Positions 35,529 to 45,140 of a DNA stretch of 64,000 bases are shown here, piece after piece. A program made the position numbers and the translations under genes. Below the pieces are notes generated by a model, which had not been told where the DNA came from, searched no databases, and saw only the letters and a program-made list of their open reading frames with translations. Within the stretch, counting starts at the first letter, position 1. Each line of letters starts with the position of its first letter. The DNA is from an uncultured Clostridia bacterium (GTDB lineage: Bacteria; Bacillota; Clostridia; Christensenellales; CAG-138), in assembly GCA_944336625.1 (NCBI GenBank), contig CALVLF010000101.1, positions 1,029 to 65,028 on the forward strand. The letters run 5' to 3'.

Positions 35529-37313
35529 ATGGCACAACTTACCAGAAAGGAAATGGATCCCCGCTTTCAGTGGGACCTGACCCATATATTCCCGGATGAC
35601 GCCGCCTGGGAGGCGGCCCTAGAGGAAGCCCTGGCCACTGCGGAAGAAATCAGCGCCTACCGGGGCACCCTGCATACCCCCCAGGGGGCCCGCAAGGCCC
35701 TGGACGCCTATTATGCCATGGCGGAGCGGGCAGAGCGGATCTATCTTTACGGAGAGCTGACCAAATCCGGGGATAATGGGGACCCCCGGGGCCAGGCCAT
35801 GCAGGACCGGGCCATGGGCCTGCTGGTGCGGCTGGGGGCTGCCGCCAGCTTCCTTACGCCGGAGCTGGCCGCCCTGCCCGTAGAGACCCTGGAGGCCTAT
35901 GCCCAGGATGAACTCCTAGCCCCCTACCGGCATGGCATCCTGGATATCCTGCGGGGGCGGGCCCATGTTCTCCCCCCGGAGCAGGAGCATATGCTGGCCC
36001 TGCTGGCGGATCCGGCCCAAACCCCGGATAATGCCTTTTCCATGCTTTCCGAGGTGGATATGCGCCTTCCCATGATCCAGAATGAAAAGGGGGAAATGGT
36101 GCAGCTTACCCATGGCAACTTTGGCTGCTTCCGGGAAAGCCCGGATAGAGCCCTGCGCAAAGCTGCCTTCGAGGCCTACTTTGGGGCCTTTAACCAGTAT
36201 ATCCATACCTTTGCCGCCCTCTATGGGGGCAGCGTGAAGATGGATGGCTTTTATGCCCAGGTGCGGCACCATGAAAGCCCCCTTTCCGGCGCCCTCTTCG
36301 CCAATAATATCCCCTCGGCAGTCTATGATAGCCTGCTCACTGCCGTCCATGCAAACTTTCCCGCCATGGAGCGGTATCTGGCCCTGCGCAAAAAGGTCCT
36401 GGGCCTTTCGGAGCTCCATATGTACGACCTGTATTGCCCTATAGTGGAGGGCGTTTCCGCTTCCTATCCCTTTGAAAGGGCAAAGGCCATGGTGAAGGAA
36501 GCCCTGGCGCCCCTGGGGCCTGCCTATGGCGCCCTGCTGGATAAGGCTTACCAGGAAGGCTGGATCGACGTCTATGAAAACAAGGGGAAAACCACCGGCG
36601 CCTTCTCCTGCGGGGTCTATGGGGTCCATCCCTATGTGCTCCTCAATTATACGGATACCCTGGATGATGTATTTACCCTGGCCCATGAGCTGGGCCATGC
36701 CATCCATTCCTACCGCTCGGACGGAGCCCAGACCTATGCCAACCACGATTATGCCATCTTCGTGGCGGAGGTGGCCTCCACGGTAAATGAGGTCCTCCTC
36801 ACCTACCACCTGCTGGATGGGGAGAAGGACCCCCGGCGCCGGGCCTATTACCTGAACCATTTCCTGGAGGGCTTCCGCACCACCCTTTTCCGCCAGACCC
36901 TCTTCGCGGAATTTGAAAAGGAAGCCCACAATATGGCCCAGGCCGGCCAGCCTCTAACCCCGGAGGCCCTGAACGGCCTGTACCGCCGGCTCAACCAGGC
37001 ATATTATACCGGCGCTGTGGTGGATCCGCTGCAAGATACGGAGTGGGCCCGGATTCCCCATTTTTACAATGCCTTCTACGTATACCAGTATGCTACGGGC
37101 TACAGCGCCGCCGTAGCCATTGCCTCCCACATTCGGGAAACCGGGGATGCGGAAGGCTACCTCCGCTTCCTGGAGACCGGCGGCAGCGATTATCCCATGG
37201 AGGAGCTGAAGCTGGCGGGGGTGGACCTTAGTCGGCCGGAAACCATAGAAAATGCCCTGGCCGTATTCGCAAAGGGCGTGGATGAGCTGGAAGCCCTCCT
37301 CCAGCAGCTATAA
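35529..37313 (+). CDS. pepF: Oligoendopeptidase F (M3B)
   Basis: About 594 aa with zinc motif HELGHAIH. The N-terminal region resembles PepF (RFQWDLTHIF). RBS AAGGAGGA lies 6 nt before ATG 35529. Confidence 0.9.
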   Translation: MAQLTRKEMDPRFQWDLTHIFPDDAAWEAALEEALATAEEISAYRGTLHTPQGARKALDAYYAMAERAERIYLYGELTKSGDNGDPRGQAMQDRAMGLLVRLGAAASFLTPELAALPVETLEAYAQDELLAPYRHGILDILRGRAHVLPPEQEHMLALLADPAQTPDNAFSMLSEVDMRLPMIQNEKGEMVQLTHGNFGCFRESPDRALRKAAFEAYFGAFNQYIHTFAALYGGSVKMDGFYAQVRHHESPLSGALFANNIPSAVYDSLLTAVHANFPAMERYLALRKKVLGLSELHMYDLYCPIVEGVSASYPFERAKAMVKEALAPLGPAYGALLDKAYQEGWIDVYENKGKTTGAFSCGVYGVHPYVLLNYTDTLDDVFTLAHELGHAIHSYRSDGAQTYANHDYAIFVAEVASTVNEVLLTYHLLDGEKDPRRRAYYLNHFLEGFRTTLFRQTLFAEFEKEAHNMAQAGQPLTPEALNGLYRRLNQAYYTGAVVDPLQDTEWARIPHFYNAFYVYQYATGYSAAVAIASHIRETGDAEGYLRFLETGGSDYPMEELKLAGVDLSRPETIENALAVFAKGVDELEALLQQL

Positions 37314-37365
37314 CCGGCAGGGCCAGTCCCTGCCCCAACCGCTTATAGGAAAGGAGAAGAAAACG

Positions 37366-37680
37366 ATGACCTACGGAGTTGACATGCAGGAAATGCGGGC
37401 ATATATTCTGGATAAATTCCAAAAGGAAGGGGATTTCGACTTCCTGCAGGAAGGGGAGCTGGAGGCCATGGTGGATGCCATGCTGGCGGCGGACGCGGCC
37501 TATATGGAGCCCCTGCCCGAGGACGGGGAATATGATGACGACGCAGCCTATGAAGCCCTTTATGCGGACCTGCAGCAGCGCTTCCCCGCTTATAAGATGT
37601 ATGCCATGCGCCTGAGCGAGGATTATCTGGACTTTGCAGAGGAATACCTGGTGAGCGTGGACGCCATCGAGTGGGATTAA
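37366..37680 (+). CDS. Small acidic hypothetical protein
   Basis: 104 aa, RBS AAAGGAGAAG. Composition looks coding (MTYGVDMQEMRAYILDKFQKEGDFDF...). I recognise no family. Confidence 0.55.
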   Translation: MTYGVDMQEMRAYILDKFQKEGDFDFLQEGELEAMVDAMLAADAAYMEPLPEDGEYDDDAAYEALYADLQQRFPAYKMYAMRLSEDYLDFAEEYLVSVDAIEWD

Positions 37681-37716
37681 AGCCAGGCCCCAAAGGGCGG
37701 CTTTTGCCCGGACCCT

Positions 37717-37745
37717 GGGCGGGGGGCTTTCCCCCTGCCCTTTTT
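37717..37745 (+). terminator. Rho-independent terminator
   Basis: GGGCGGGGGG-cttt-CCCCCTGCCC followed by TTTTT. Confidence 0.65.
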
Positions 37746-37814
37746 CATGGCTGCTTTTTAATGGAAAGCCGCCTGTTTCCCAGCAACGGAAGCATAACAG
37801 GCCGCACGAAAACG

Positions 37815-37840
37815 GAAAAAAGCCCTGCTTTCGCAGGGCT
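37815..37840 (-). terminator. Rho-independent terminator after the DUF1540 gene
   Basis: Reverse strand: AGCCCTGC-gaaa-GCAGGGCT followed by TTTTTT. Confidence 0.65.
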
Positions 37841-37895
37841 TCCCCAGGAAGGATGGGCTTTTCTCCTCGAAGGTAATCGACCAAAAGCCGCATTT

Positions 37896-38069
37896 TTATC
37901 GGGATTTATAGCTTCCGCAAAGGCTTTCGTCACAGGGTTCTCCCGTGTGGCAGCCGTTCCGGGGCTGCACCTCGATCTGATCCAGATCGCAGCTGCAACC
38001 GCTCTTGTTATAGGCGCAGCTGGCAACCCGGCAACCGATGGTCTGGCAGCCGGCTTTCTGCTTGGGCAT
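37896..38069 (-). CDS. DUF1540 domain protein (small Cys-rich)
   Basis: MPKQKAGCQTIGCRVASCAYNKSGCSCDLDQIEVQ... matches the Cys-rich pattern of DUF1540. RBS GGAAGGAGGTG. Confidence 0.75.
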   Translation of the reverse strand: MPKQKAGCQTIGCRVASCAYNKSGCSCDLDQIEVQPRNGCHTGEPCDESLCGSYKSR

Positions 38070-38149
38070 GGGCTCACCTCCTTCCCAGTCGCAGAACACC
38101 CATGGCCTGTTGGGCGCATTTTACGATAATTTATTTTTTTAATTACAAA

Positions 38150-38419
38150 TTATCTGGCAGGAACATCGTAAAATATTCCTATACCGTGTTCTACTTCGCT
38201 ATTAATATGGCTCCTGCCTGCGGATATTATGGCTGGAAAGCGTTGTTTTTTTGCCATTTCTTTACAAAAATAGACGCCGGGCCGGAGCTTTTGTTCACCT
38301 TTGCGCCAAAAGAGGATTCGGCTGTTCCCCGCCTTGCTTTTTTGGATGATTGCCAGTATACTATGAATACGGATAGCACTGTTAGCTGCCCGTTGCGTAC
38401 CTTCCATAAAATACCACAA
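38150..38419 (-). pseudogene. Possible decayed ORF inside a low-GC (~40%) island
   Basis: This is the only protein-like reading frame in 38100-38590 (..ARIDENVILWYFMEGTQRAANSAIRIHSILAIIQKSK..). It has no ATG start or RBS, and a stop lies about 80 nt upstream in frame. I recognise no family. Confidence 0.2.
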
Positions 38420-38600
38420 TATTACATTCTCATCTATCCTGGCCTCCAGGAATTCTACGCTTTCCTGCTTTCGAGCTTGAACGGCAGCGCGGCGCAGTTA
38501 TTTCTGCCGGCTGGAAAGGGGTGTGAGGGTCTGGTTTCTTATCCAGAAGAAAAGAGTTTTCTTTCCTTTCCCTAGCCCAGTTATTTCTATTACAACTGCA

Positions 38601-38877
38601 TACCCTTAACGAACAAGGGTATACACGCCTGAGCAGGCCTTCTTTGGCCCATTTCTTTGTTGCAGTCGCTCGAATTAGCGCTGCTAGTCCATCGCTCCTG
38701 CGCCGCGAACTGGGCGCAAAGCAGGCCTGCTAAGGTCGAAGAGTTTTGGTGGGCTGGGCCGCTAGAGAGCAAGGCGTGGCCCCGCAGCCATAGTGGACCC
38801 TATTGCAAGGGGCCACAACGATGCTATCTGGCGGCCCAGCCCGCCAAAACCGTGTATCCCCTTGTCCGTTAAGGGTA
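38601..38877 (+). ncRNA. Unclassified structured element, copy B; homologous to 1979-2170 and carrying a ~100-nt nested-hairpin insertion
   Basis: The 27-nt ends are complementary (TACCCTTAACGAACAAGGGTATACACG / CGTGTATCCCCTTGTCCGTTAAGGGTA). An inner helix forms between CCTGAGCAGGCCTTCTTTG and CAAAGCAGGCCTGCTAAGG. The conserved core AGCGCTGCTAGTCCATCGCT is at 38677-38696. The extra hairpin GGTGGGCTGGGCCGC...GCGGCCCAGCCCGCC spans 38748-38845. The element ends 28 nt before the glgB RBS. Confidence 0.35.
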
Positions 38878-38906
38878 CTTATTTCGCAAAATAACTGTTA
38901 GAGTAG

Positions 38907-40895
38907 GTGAGGTCAGCATTGAACGCGAACATCCAGCAAAAAGACTTATATTTGTGGGGCGAGGGCACAAATATCTATTCCTACCTCACCCTGGGCTGTC
39001 ACGCCGTAGAAAAGGATGGTTACCCTGCATACCGGTTTGCCGTATGGGCCCCAAATGCTGTATCCGTAAGCGTAGTGGGGGATTTCAATGGCTGGAATCT
39101 AGAAGCGGATCCCATGGAGATGATCGGCACCACAGGGGTTTGGCAGGCTTTTATTGGCATTGCCCATGAAGGGGACGCCTACAAATTCGCCATCCGTACC
39201 AAAGACGGGGATATCCTCTATAAGGCAGATCCTTTTGCCTTTGCCAGCCAGCTCCGCCCCAATACCGCCTCCCGCATCTGGGATATCGGGGGCTACCAAT
39301 GGTCAGACCAGGTCTATATGGCCCGGCGGGCTGTGCAGGACCACCACACCTCCCCCATGAATATCTATGAGGTGCATCTCGGCTCCTGGAAGAAAGACCT
39401 TTCCTTCACGGAGCTGAGCGAAGAGCTGGTTCGCTATGTGGTGGATATGGGCTATACCCATATCGAGCTGATGCCCCTGTGCGAATATCCTCTGGATGAA
39501 AGCTGGGGTTACCAGATTACCGGTTATTTTTCCATCACTGCCCGCTATGGCACGCCCCAGGATTTCCAGCATTTCGTAGATGTTTGCCATCGCAACGGCA
39601 TCGGTGTAATCCTGGACTGGGTACCCGCCCATTTCTGCCGGGACGAGCAGGGTTTGCGCCGCTTCGATGGCACGCCCCTTTTTGAGCACCCGGATTCCCG
39701 CCGTGCAGAGCAGCCCCACTGGGGTACCCTCCTCTTCAATTATGAAAAAAACGAAGTCCGCTCCTTCCTCCTTTCCAATGCCATGTATTTCCTGCGGGAG
39801 TTCCATGTGGACGGCCTGCGGGTAGATGCGGTGAGCTGCATGCTGTACCTGGATTATGGCAGGCAAGGGGGGGAGTGGCTCCCCAACCGCTATGGCGGCA
39901 AGGAAAACCTGGGGGCTATCGACCTATTCCGCCAGCTTTCCCTTGCCGTCCGCCAGGAATTCCCCGGCGCCCTGCTTATCGCCGAGGAGAGCACTGCCTT
40001 TGCCGGGGTCACTGCCTCGCCGGAGGAAGGGGGGCTGGGCTTCGATTATAAATGGAACATGGGCTGGATGAACGATACTCTCAGCTATATGTCCATGGAC
40101 AGCCTTTTCCGTAAATGGCACCATAACCAGGTGACCTTCTCCATGTGCTACGCGTTTTCCGAGCACTATATCCTGCCTTTCTCCCACGATGAGGTGGTGC
40201 ACGGCAAGTGCTCCCTCATCAACCGGATGCCGGGGGAATATGAGGATAAATTCCGGCAGCTCAGGCTGCTGCTGATGTACCAGTTTGCCCACCCCGGCAA
40301 AAAGCTCAACTTCATGGGCTACGAATTCGGCCAGTTCATCGAGTGGGATTTCCGCAAGAGCCTGGATTGGTTCCTGCTGGGCTATCCGGCCCACCGGGAT
40401 ATGCAGGTTTTCACCCGGCAGCTGAACCGCTTCTATTCCCGTACCCCCGCCCTTTACGAGCAGGATGATGGCTGGCAGGGCTTTGAATGGGTCAGTGTGG
40501 ATGATGATGTGCACAGCATCCTGGCCTTTATCCGGCGGGATAGCAAGGGAAACGAGCTGCTGTGCGCCTTCAACTTCACCCCCGTCAAGCATGACCCTTA
40601 CCGCATTCAGCTGCCCCGGCCCTATCTTCTTTCCCAGGCCATGTCCAACGTGGATTTCCGGGAAATGCACGGCATCCAGAGCCAGGAAGACCCCCAAGGC
40701 GGGGAATATGTGGATATTATGCTGTCGCCGTATGAGGCGGTATATTACTATCTAACGGTACAGCCCCGGCCCAAGCCGAAGCCCAAACTTCAGCGGGGAA
40801 GGCGGACTGTGATCACACAGGAGGGAGCGAAGAACCATGATCAAGAAAAAAGTGGTAGCCATGTTGTTGGCCGGGGGACAAGGCAGCCGTCTTAG
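38907..40895 (+). CDS. glgB: 1,4-alpha-glucan branching enzyme
   Basis: GH13 branching-enzyme motifs: [30 protein letters not shown]. The start is GTG 38907 or, fitting the AGGTGAGG RBS better, TTG 38919. Confidence 0.95.
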   Translation: MRSALNANIQQKDLYLWGEGTNIYSYLTLGCHAVEKDGYPAYRFAVWAPNAVSVSVVGDFNGWNLEADPMEMIGTTGVWQAFIGIAHEGDAYKFAIRTKDGDILYKADPFAFASQLRPNTASRIWDIGGYQWSDQVYMARRAVQDHHTSPMNIYEVHLGSWKKDLSFTELSEELVRYVVDMGYTHIELMPLCEYPLDESWGYQITGYFSITARYGTPQDFQHFVDVCHRNGIGVILDWVPAHFCRDEQGLRRFDGTPLFEHPDSRRAEQPHWGTLLFNYEKNEVRSFLLSNAMYFLREFHVDGLRVDAVSCMLYLDYGRQGGEWLPNRYGGKENLGAIDLFRQLSLAVRQEFPGALLIAEESTAFAGVTASPEEGGLGFDYKWNMGWMNDTLSYMSMDSLFRKWHHNQVTFSMCYAFSEHYILPFSHDEVVHGKCSLINRMPGEYEDKFRQLRLLLMYQFAHPGKKLNFMGYEFGQFIEWDFRKSLDWFLLGYPAHRDMQVFTRQLNRFYSRTPALYEQDDGWQGFEWVSVDDDVHSILAFIRRDSKGNELLCAFNFTPVKHDPYRIQLPRPYLLSQAMSNVDFREMHGIQSQEDPQGGEYVDIMLSPYEAVYYYLTVQPRPKPKPKLQRGRRTVITQEGAKNHDQEKSGSHVVGRGTRQPS

Positions 40896-42084
40896 CGTCC
40901 TGACCAACCGTATGGCAAAGCCGGCCGTACCCTTTGGCGGGAGATATCGTATCATCGATTTCCCCCTGTCCAACTGCGTCAATTCCGATATCGACACCGT
41001 GGGCGTCCTTACCCAGTATGAACCCATGGAGCTCAACGCCTATATCGGCACGGGACAGGCCTGGGATCTGGACCGGAACAGCGGCGGCGTTTTCGTGCTC
41101 CCGCCCTATGTTTCCGGCAGCCACGGGGAATGGTATTCCGGCACCGCCAACGCCATCTACCAGAATATCGCCTTTATTGACCGCTATGACCCGGAATACG
41201 TCCTCATCCTTTCCGGCGATCATATCTATAAAATGGATTATTCCAAAATGCTCCATGAGCACGAGGTAAACCATGCGGATGCCACCATCGCCGTGCGCAG
41301 CGTTCCCATGGAGGAGGCCCACCGCTTTGGCATCATGAATACCGATGCTGAAGGCAACATTATCGAATTCGAGGAAAAGCCCCAGCACCCCAAAAGCAAC
41401 AAGGCCTCCATGGGAATCTACATCTTTACCTGGCCGGTGCTGCGCCAGTATCTTATGGCAGATGCTTCGGACGCTGCCTCGGAAAACGACTTCGGCAAAA
41501 ATATCATTCCCAAGATGCTCAAAGCCGGCTGCCGGATGCATGCCTATGAATTCAACGATTACTGGAAGGATGTAGGTACCGTCCAAAGCCTGTGGGAAGC
41601 CAATATGGACCTTCTGTCCGATCCGCCCCTGCTGGATCTTTCCAGCGAGGTAGATCACAATAAAGAATGGCGCATTTACAGCAAATCCCCCATCATGCCC
41701 CCCCATTATGTGGGCAAGAATGCTAGCATCACCAATGCCCTGGTTACGGAAGGCTGCGAGGTTTTGGGCACCGTGTGCCACAGCATCTTGTTTGCGGGCT
41801 GCACCATCGAAGAGGGGGCTATGGTAACTGATTGCGTCCTCATGCCCGGTGCCCACGTGAAAAAAGATGCGGTGATCCATAAATCCATCATCGGCGAAAA
41901 CTGCGTCATCGGGGAAGGCGCCGTAGTAGGAGACGATCGCCAGGAGGTAGACGGGGAATATGATACCCATTTGACGGGAGATATTACCCTCATCGCCAGC
42001 GGCACGGAGATCGCCGATCACTGCCGGGTCCCAGTGGGCATGATCGTCAATACAGGCATCTATAGCCGGAATAAGGAGGCCTAA
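40837..42084 (+). CDS. glgC: Glucose-1-phosphate adenylyltransferase
   Basis: [50 protein letters not shown] is the canonical GlgC N-terminus. A left-handed beta-helix C-terminus follows. Confidence 0.95.
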   Translation: MIKKKVVAMLLAGGQGSRLSVLTNRMAKPAVPFGGRYRIIDFPLSNCVNSDIDTVGVLTQYEPMELNAYIGTGQAWDLDRNSGGVFVLPPYVSGSHGEWYSGTANAIYQNIAFIDRYDPEYVLILSGDHIYKMDYSKMLHEHEVNHADATIAVRSVPMEEAHRFGIMNTDAEGNIIEFEEKPQHPKSNKASMGIYIFTWPVLRQYLMADASDAASENDFGKNIIPKMLKAGCRMHAYEFNDYWKDVGTVQSLWEANMDLLSDPPLLDLSSEVDHNKEWRIYSKSPIMPPHYVGKNASITNALVTEGCEVLGTVCHSILFAGCTIEEGAMVTDCVLMPGAHVKKDAVIHKSIIGENCVIGEGAVVGDDRQEVDGEYDTHLTGDITLIASGTEIADHCRVPVGMIVNTGIYSRNKEA

Positions 42085-42088
42085 AATC

Positions 42089-43213
42089 ATGCATGGCAAG
42101 GTATTCGGTTTGATCTACACGGGCGAATCCAGCATGCAGCTGCGGGATTTGACCTATTCCCGCTCAGTGGCCGCCGTTCCCTTTGCGGGGCGCTACCGCT
42201 GCATCGATTTCGTCCTTTCCAGCCTAGTGAATACGGGCATCTACAACGTGGGCATCATCGCCCAGAAGAACTACCATTCCCTCATGGACCACCTGGGGAG
42301 CGGCAAGGAATGGGAGCTGCACCGCAAGAAAGACGGCCTTTTCATCCTGCCGCCTTTCGTCACCCGGGAAAACACGGGCATCTATAAGGGCACGCTGGAC
42401 GCCCTGCGCTCCGTCCTGGGGTATATCCGCCGCAGTTCCCAGCGCTACGTCATCATGACGGGGAGCCATACCGTATTCAATACCACCTTTCACGCCATGA
42501 TCGAGCAGCATATTGAAACCTGCGCGGATATTACCATCATGTATAACGATGTGCCCGTTGGCCATAATGACGACCAATTCGACGAGCTGCGGATGGACCT
42601 TCGGGAGGATGGCCGGGTGCAGGATCTGCAGCTTAACCCCTACAGGCCCACCAGCTGCCATTCTTCCTGCGATGTTTTCATGATGGAAAAGAACCTGCTG
42701 GAGTATCTGGTGGAAGAAGGGGTAAGCCACGGATATACGGATTTCATCCGGGATGTGCTGCTGCGCAAGGTCAATACCCTTAAGCTTTATGGCTGGCGGT
42801 ATGATGGCTACATTGGCTGCCTGAGCTCCATCGATTCCTATTTTACCCACAATATGAACTGCCTGAAGCAGGAGGTGCGCCGGGATCTTTTCAATACAGA
42901 GCATCCCATCTATACCAAGGTCAAAGATGAGGTGCCGGCCCGGTACCTGCCCGGCGCCAAGGTGACCAACAGCCTGGTGGCGGATGGCTGCGTGATCGAA
43001 GGGGAGGTGGATTCCTGCATTCTCTTCCGCGGGGTACGGATTGCCAAGGGAACCCGGGTTTCCAACTGTCTGGTATTGCAGGGCTGCGATATTCAAGAAA
43101 ACTGTGAGCTGGACCATGTGATCTTCGATAAAGGCTGTACCGTCCACAGCGGCCGCCGTCTGGCGGGATACGATAGCTTCCCCGTGATCATCCGCAAGGG
43201 GAGCTCCATATAG
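42089..43213 (+). CDS. glgD: Glucose-1-phosphate adenylyltransferase, GlgD subunit
   Basis: A paralog of GlgC that lacks the GGxGxRL motif (VAAVPFAGRYRCIDFVLSSLVNTG). It sits directly after glgC, as in Firmicute glg operons. Confidence 0.9.
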   Translation: MHGKVFGLIYTGESSMQLRDLTYSRSVAAVPFAGRYRCIDFVLSSLVNTGIYNVGIIAQKNYHSLMDHLGSGKEWELHRKKDGLFILPPFVTRENTGIYKGTLDALRSVLGYIRRSSQRYVIMTGSHTVFNTTFHAMIEQHIETCADITIMYNDVPVGHNDDQFDELRMDLREDGRVQDLQLNPYRPTSCHSSCDVFMMEKNLLEYLVEEGVSHGYTDFIRDVLLRKVNTLKLYGWRYDGYIGCLSSIDSYFTHNMNCLKQEVRRDLFNTEHPIYTKVKDEVPARYLPGAKVTNSLVADGCVIEGEVDSCILFRGVRIAKGTRVSNCLVLQGCDIQENCELDHVIFDKGCTVHSGRRLAGYDSFPVIIRKGSSI

Positions 43214-43223
43214 CGCCCTGCTT

Positions 43224-43257
43224 TCACCCTCGATTCTTTGGCATCGAGGGTGAATTT
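43224..43257 (+). terminator. Stem-loop after glgD (weak or partial terminator)
   Basis: TCACCCTCGAT-n8-ATCGAGGGTGA followed by aTTTg. The short U-tract suggests at most partial termination. Confidence 0.4.
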
Positions 43258-43437
43258 GCGTCTTTCCCTGTTTTCCCCCGGCGCACCAGGCGCCATGGGG
43301 CGGCCGTTTCCCCAGGCCCCATTTTTCGCCGGAGGGTTTGCAAGGCGGCCCCGGGCATATATAATGATAATAGCCCCCTCCCAAAAGGAAGGAGGCAAGG
43401 CCGGGCCCGGCGGGTCGGGCCGGAAAGGAAAGCCCAT

Positions 43438-45135
43438 ATGGATTCTTTGGATATAAAAGCCCCCCGCCCGGTGCAGTCCACTGCCCCGGCCGTAATCGTG
43501 GGGCGGGAAGCCTCCCCCCAGGGGGCGCAAAATAAATCCCCTTCCCCTAACCCTTCTGACCGGAAGAAACGGGGAAGCGCCAAGGCCGCCTCCAGCAAAA
43601 AGGCAGCCCTGCCTGATGCGCCGGCCTCCAGCCCGGAGGAAGCAGAGAAGATAGAAAGCCAGCCTACCAAAGAGGAGGGAATACCCGTGGAAACTACGCC
43701 GCCCTTACGCGTTCTGATCGCTGCCAGCGAGTGCGTTCCCTTTGTAAAGACCGGAGGATTGGCCGATGTGATCGGCGCCCTGCCCCAGGCCCTGAAGAAG
43801 CTGGGGGCGGACGTGCGGGTCATCCTGCCCAAGTACGGTTCCATCCCGGAGGAATACAAGAGGCGCATGACCCATGTTTGCGACTTTCCCGTTCCCCTGG
43901 GCTGGCGGAGCCAGTATTGCGGCATCGAAGCCCTGGAGGAAGGGGGCCTGACCTACTATTTTGTGGATAATGAATATTACTTTGCCCGGGGATATATTTA
44001 TGGCCACTTCTGCAACGACGAGGCGGAGCGCTTCGCCTATTTTTCCAAGGCCGTGCTGGACTGCATGCCCCATATCGGCTTTTTCCCCCAGGTGCTCCAC
44101 TGTCATGACTGGCAGACGGCCATGTCCATCGCCCTTTTGAAGCTGCAATACAGCTGCCTGCCGGATTATTCCCCCATCCGCACCCTGTTTACCATTCATA
44201 ACCTGCGGTACCAGGGGGTATTCGACTGGCCCTTCGTATCGGAGCTGCTTAGCCTGGGAGGCGGCTGCTTCCGCCAGGACTGCCTAGAATATTACGGCAA
44301 GGCCAATTTCATGAAGGCAGCCCTGGTGCTGGCGGATGCGGTGACTACCGTAAGCCCTTCCTATGCCTCGGAGATTCAATCCAGCACCTATGGGGAAACC
44401 CTGGATGGGGTGCTGCGGGCCCGAGGCAGGGTCAGCGGCATCCTCAACGGCCTGGATGAGCACCTGTATGACCCGTCTACAGACCCCCATATTGCCGCCC
44501 ATTACAGCCCGGATGACTGCAGCGGCAAGGCCGCCTGCAAGCGGGAGCTTCAGGGCTATTTTCACCTGGATCCGGATCCGGAGGTGGCCATCGTGGGCAT
44601 GGTAACCCGGCTGACGGACCAGAAGGGCCTGGATCTGATTGAGCAGGCCATGGAGGAATTCATGCTCCGGCGCATGCAGTTCGTCATATTGGGCACGGGA
44701 GACAGGCGGTATGAGCAGCTCTTTTCCTGGGCCTGCTGGCGCTGGCCCGGCCGGGTGGGCTGCTGGATGGAGCATAACCCCCCTATGGCCAACCGGGTTT
44801 ACGCGGGCAGCGATATGTTCCTCATGCCCTCCCAGTTTGAGCCCTGCGGACTGGCCCAGCTCATTGCCCTGCGGTATGGCTCCGTGCCCATCGTTCGGGA
44901 AACCGGCGGTCTGAAGGACAGCATCACCCCCTACAATAAGTTTACCGACGAGGGCCTGGGCTTTACCTTTGCCCGGTATGATGTATGGGATATGCTGGGC
45001 GCCCTGAACCGGGCCCTGGAAAGCTTTTACGATTACCCCGCCTCCTGGCACAGCCTCATGACCCGGGGTATGCGAGCCCACTTCACCTGGGATAAGAGCG
45101 CCCGCCAGTATATGGATCTTTACCGGAGCTTATAA
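43438..45135 (+). CDS. glgA: Glycogen synthase (ADP-glucose type)
   Basis: The conserved core begins at RVLIAASECVPFVKTGGLADV (about 43702), with C-terminal PSQFEPCGLAQL and GGLKDSI. The ATG at 43438 gives an 83-aa K/S/P/A-rich extension. An alternative GTG at 43687 with a strong RBS (AGAGGAGGGA, 6 nt) gives a canonical 482-aa protein. Confidence 0.9.
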   Translation: MDSLDIKAPRPVQSTAPAVIVGREASPQGAQNKSPSPNPSDRKKRGSAKAASSKKAALPDAPASSPEEAEKIESQPTKEEGIPVETTPPLRVLIAASECVPFVKTGGLADVIGALPQALKKLGADVRVILPKYGSIPEEYKRRMTHVCDFPVPLGWRSQYCGIEALEEGGLTYYFVDNEYYFARGYIYGHFCNDEAERFAYFSKAVLDCMPHIGFFPQVLHCHDWQTAMSIALLKLQYSCLPDYSPIRTLFTIHNLRYQGVFDWPFVSELLSLGGGCFRQDCLEYYGKANFMKAALVLADAVTTVSPSYASEIQSSTYGETLDGVLRARGRVSGILNGLDEHLYDPSTDPHIAAHYSPDDCSGKAACKRELQGYFHLDPDPEVAIVGMVTRLTDQKGLDLIEQAMEEFMLRRMQFVILGTGDRRYEQLFSWACWRWPGRVGCWMEHNPPMANRVYAGSDMFLMPSQFEPCGLAQLIALRYGSVPIVRETGGLKDSITPYNKFTDEGLGFTFARYDVWDMLGALNRALESFYDYPASWHSLMTRGMRAHFTWDKSARQYMDLYRSL

Positions 45136-45140
45136 AAGCT

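Noticed and set aside
38581-38885. A 7-bp direct repeat TTATTTC flanking element B (38581-38587 and 38879-38885) as a target-site duplication
   Set aside because: The left copy is 13 nt away from the start of the terminal helix, while the right copy abuts the element. Copy A has no comparable flanking repeat. The AT-rich flanks make a chance match likely.
40813-43384. 428-aa and 386-aa minus-strand ORFs opposite glgC and glgD
   Set aside because: They are antisense to canonical glycogen genes and have a low-complexity G/A/H/P-rich composition.
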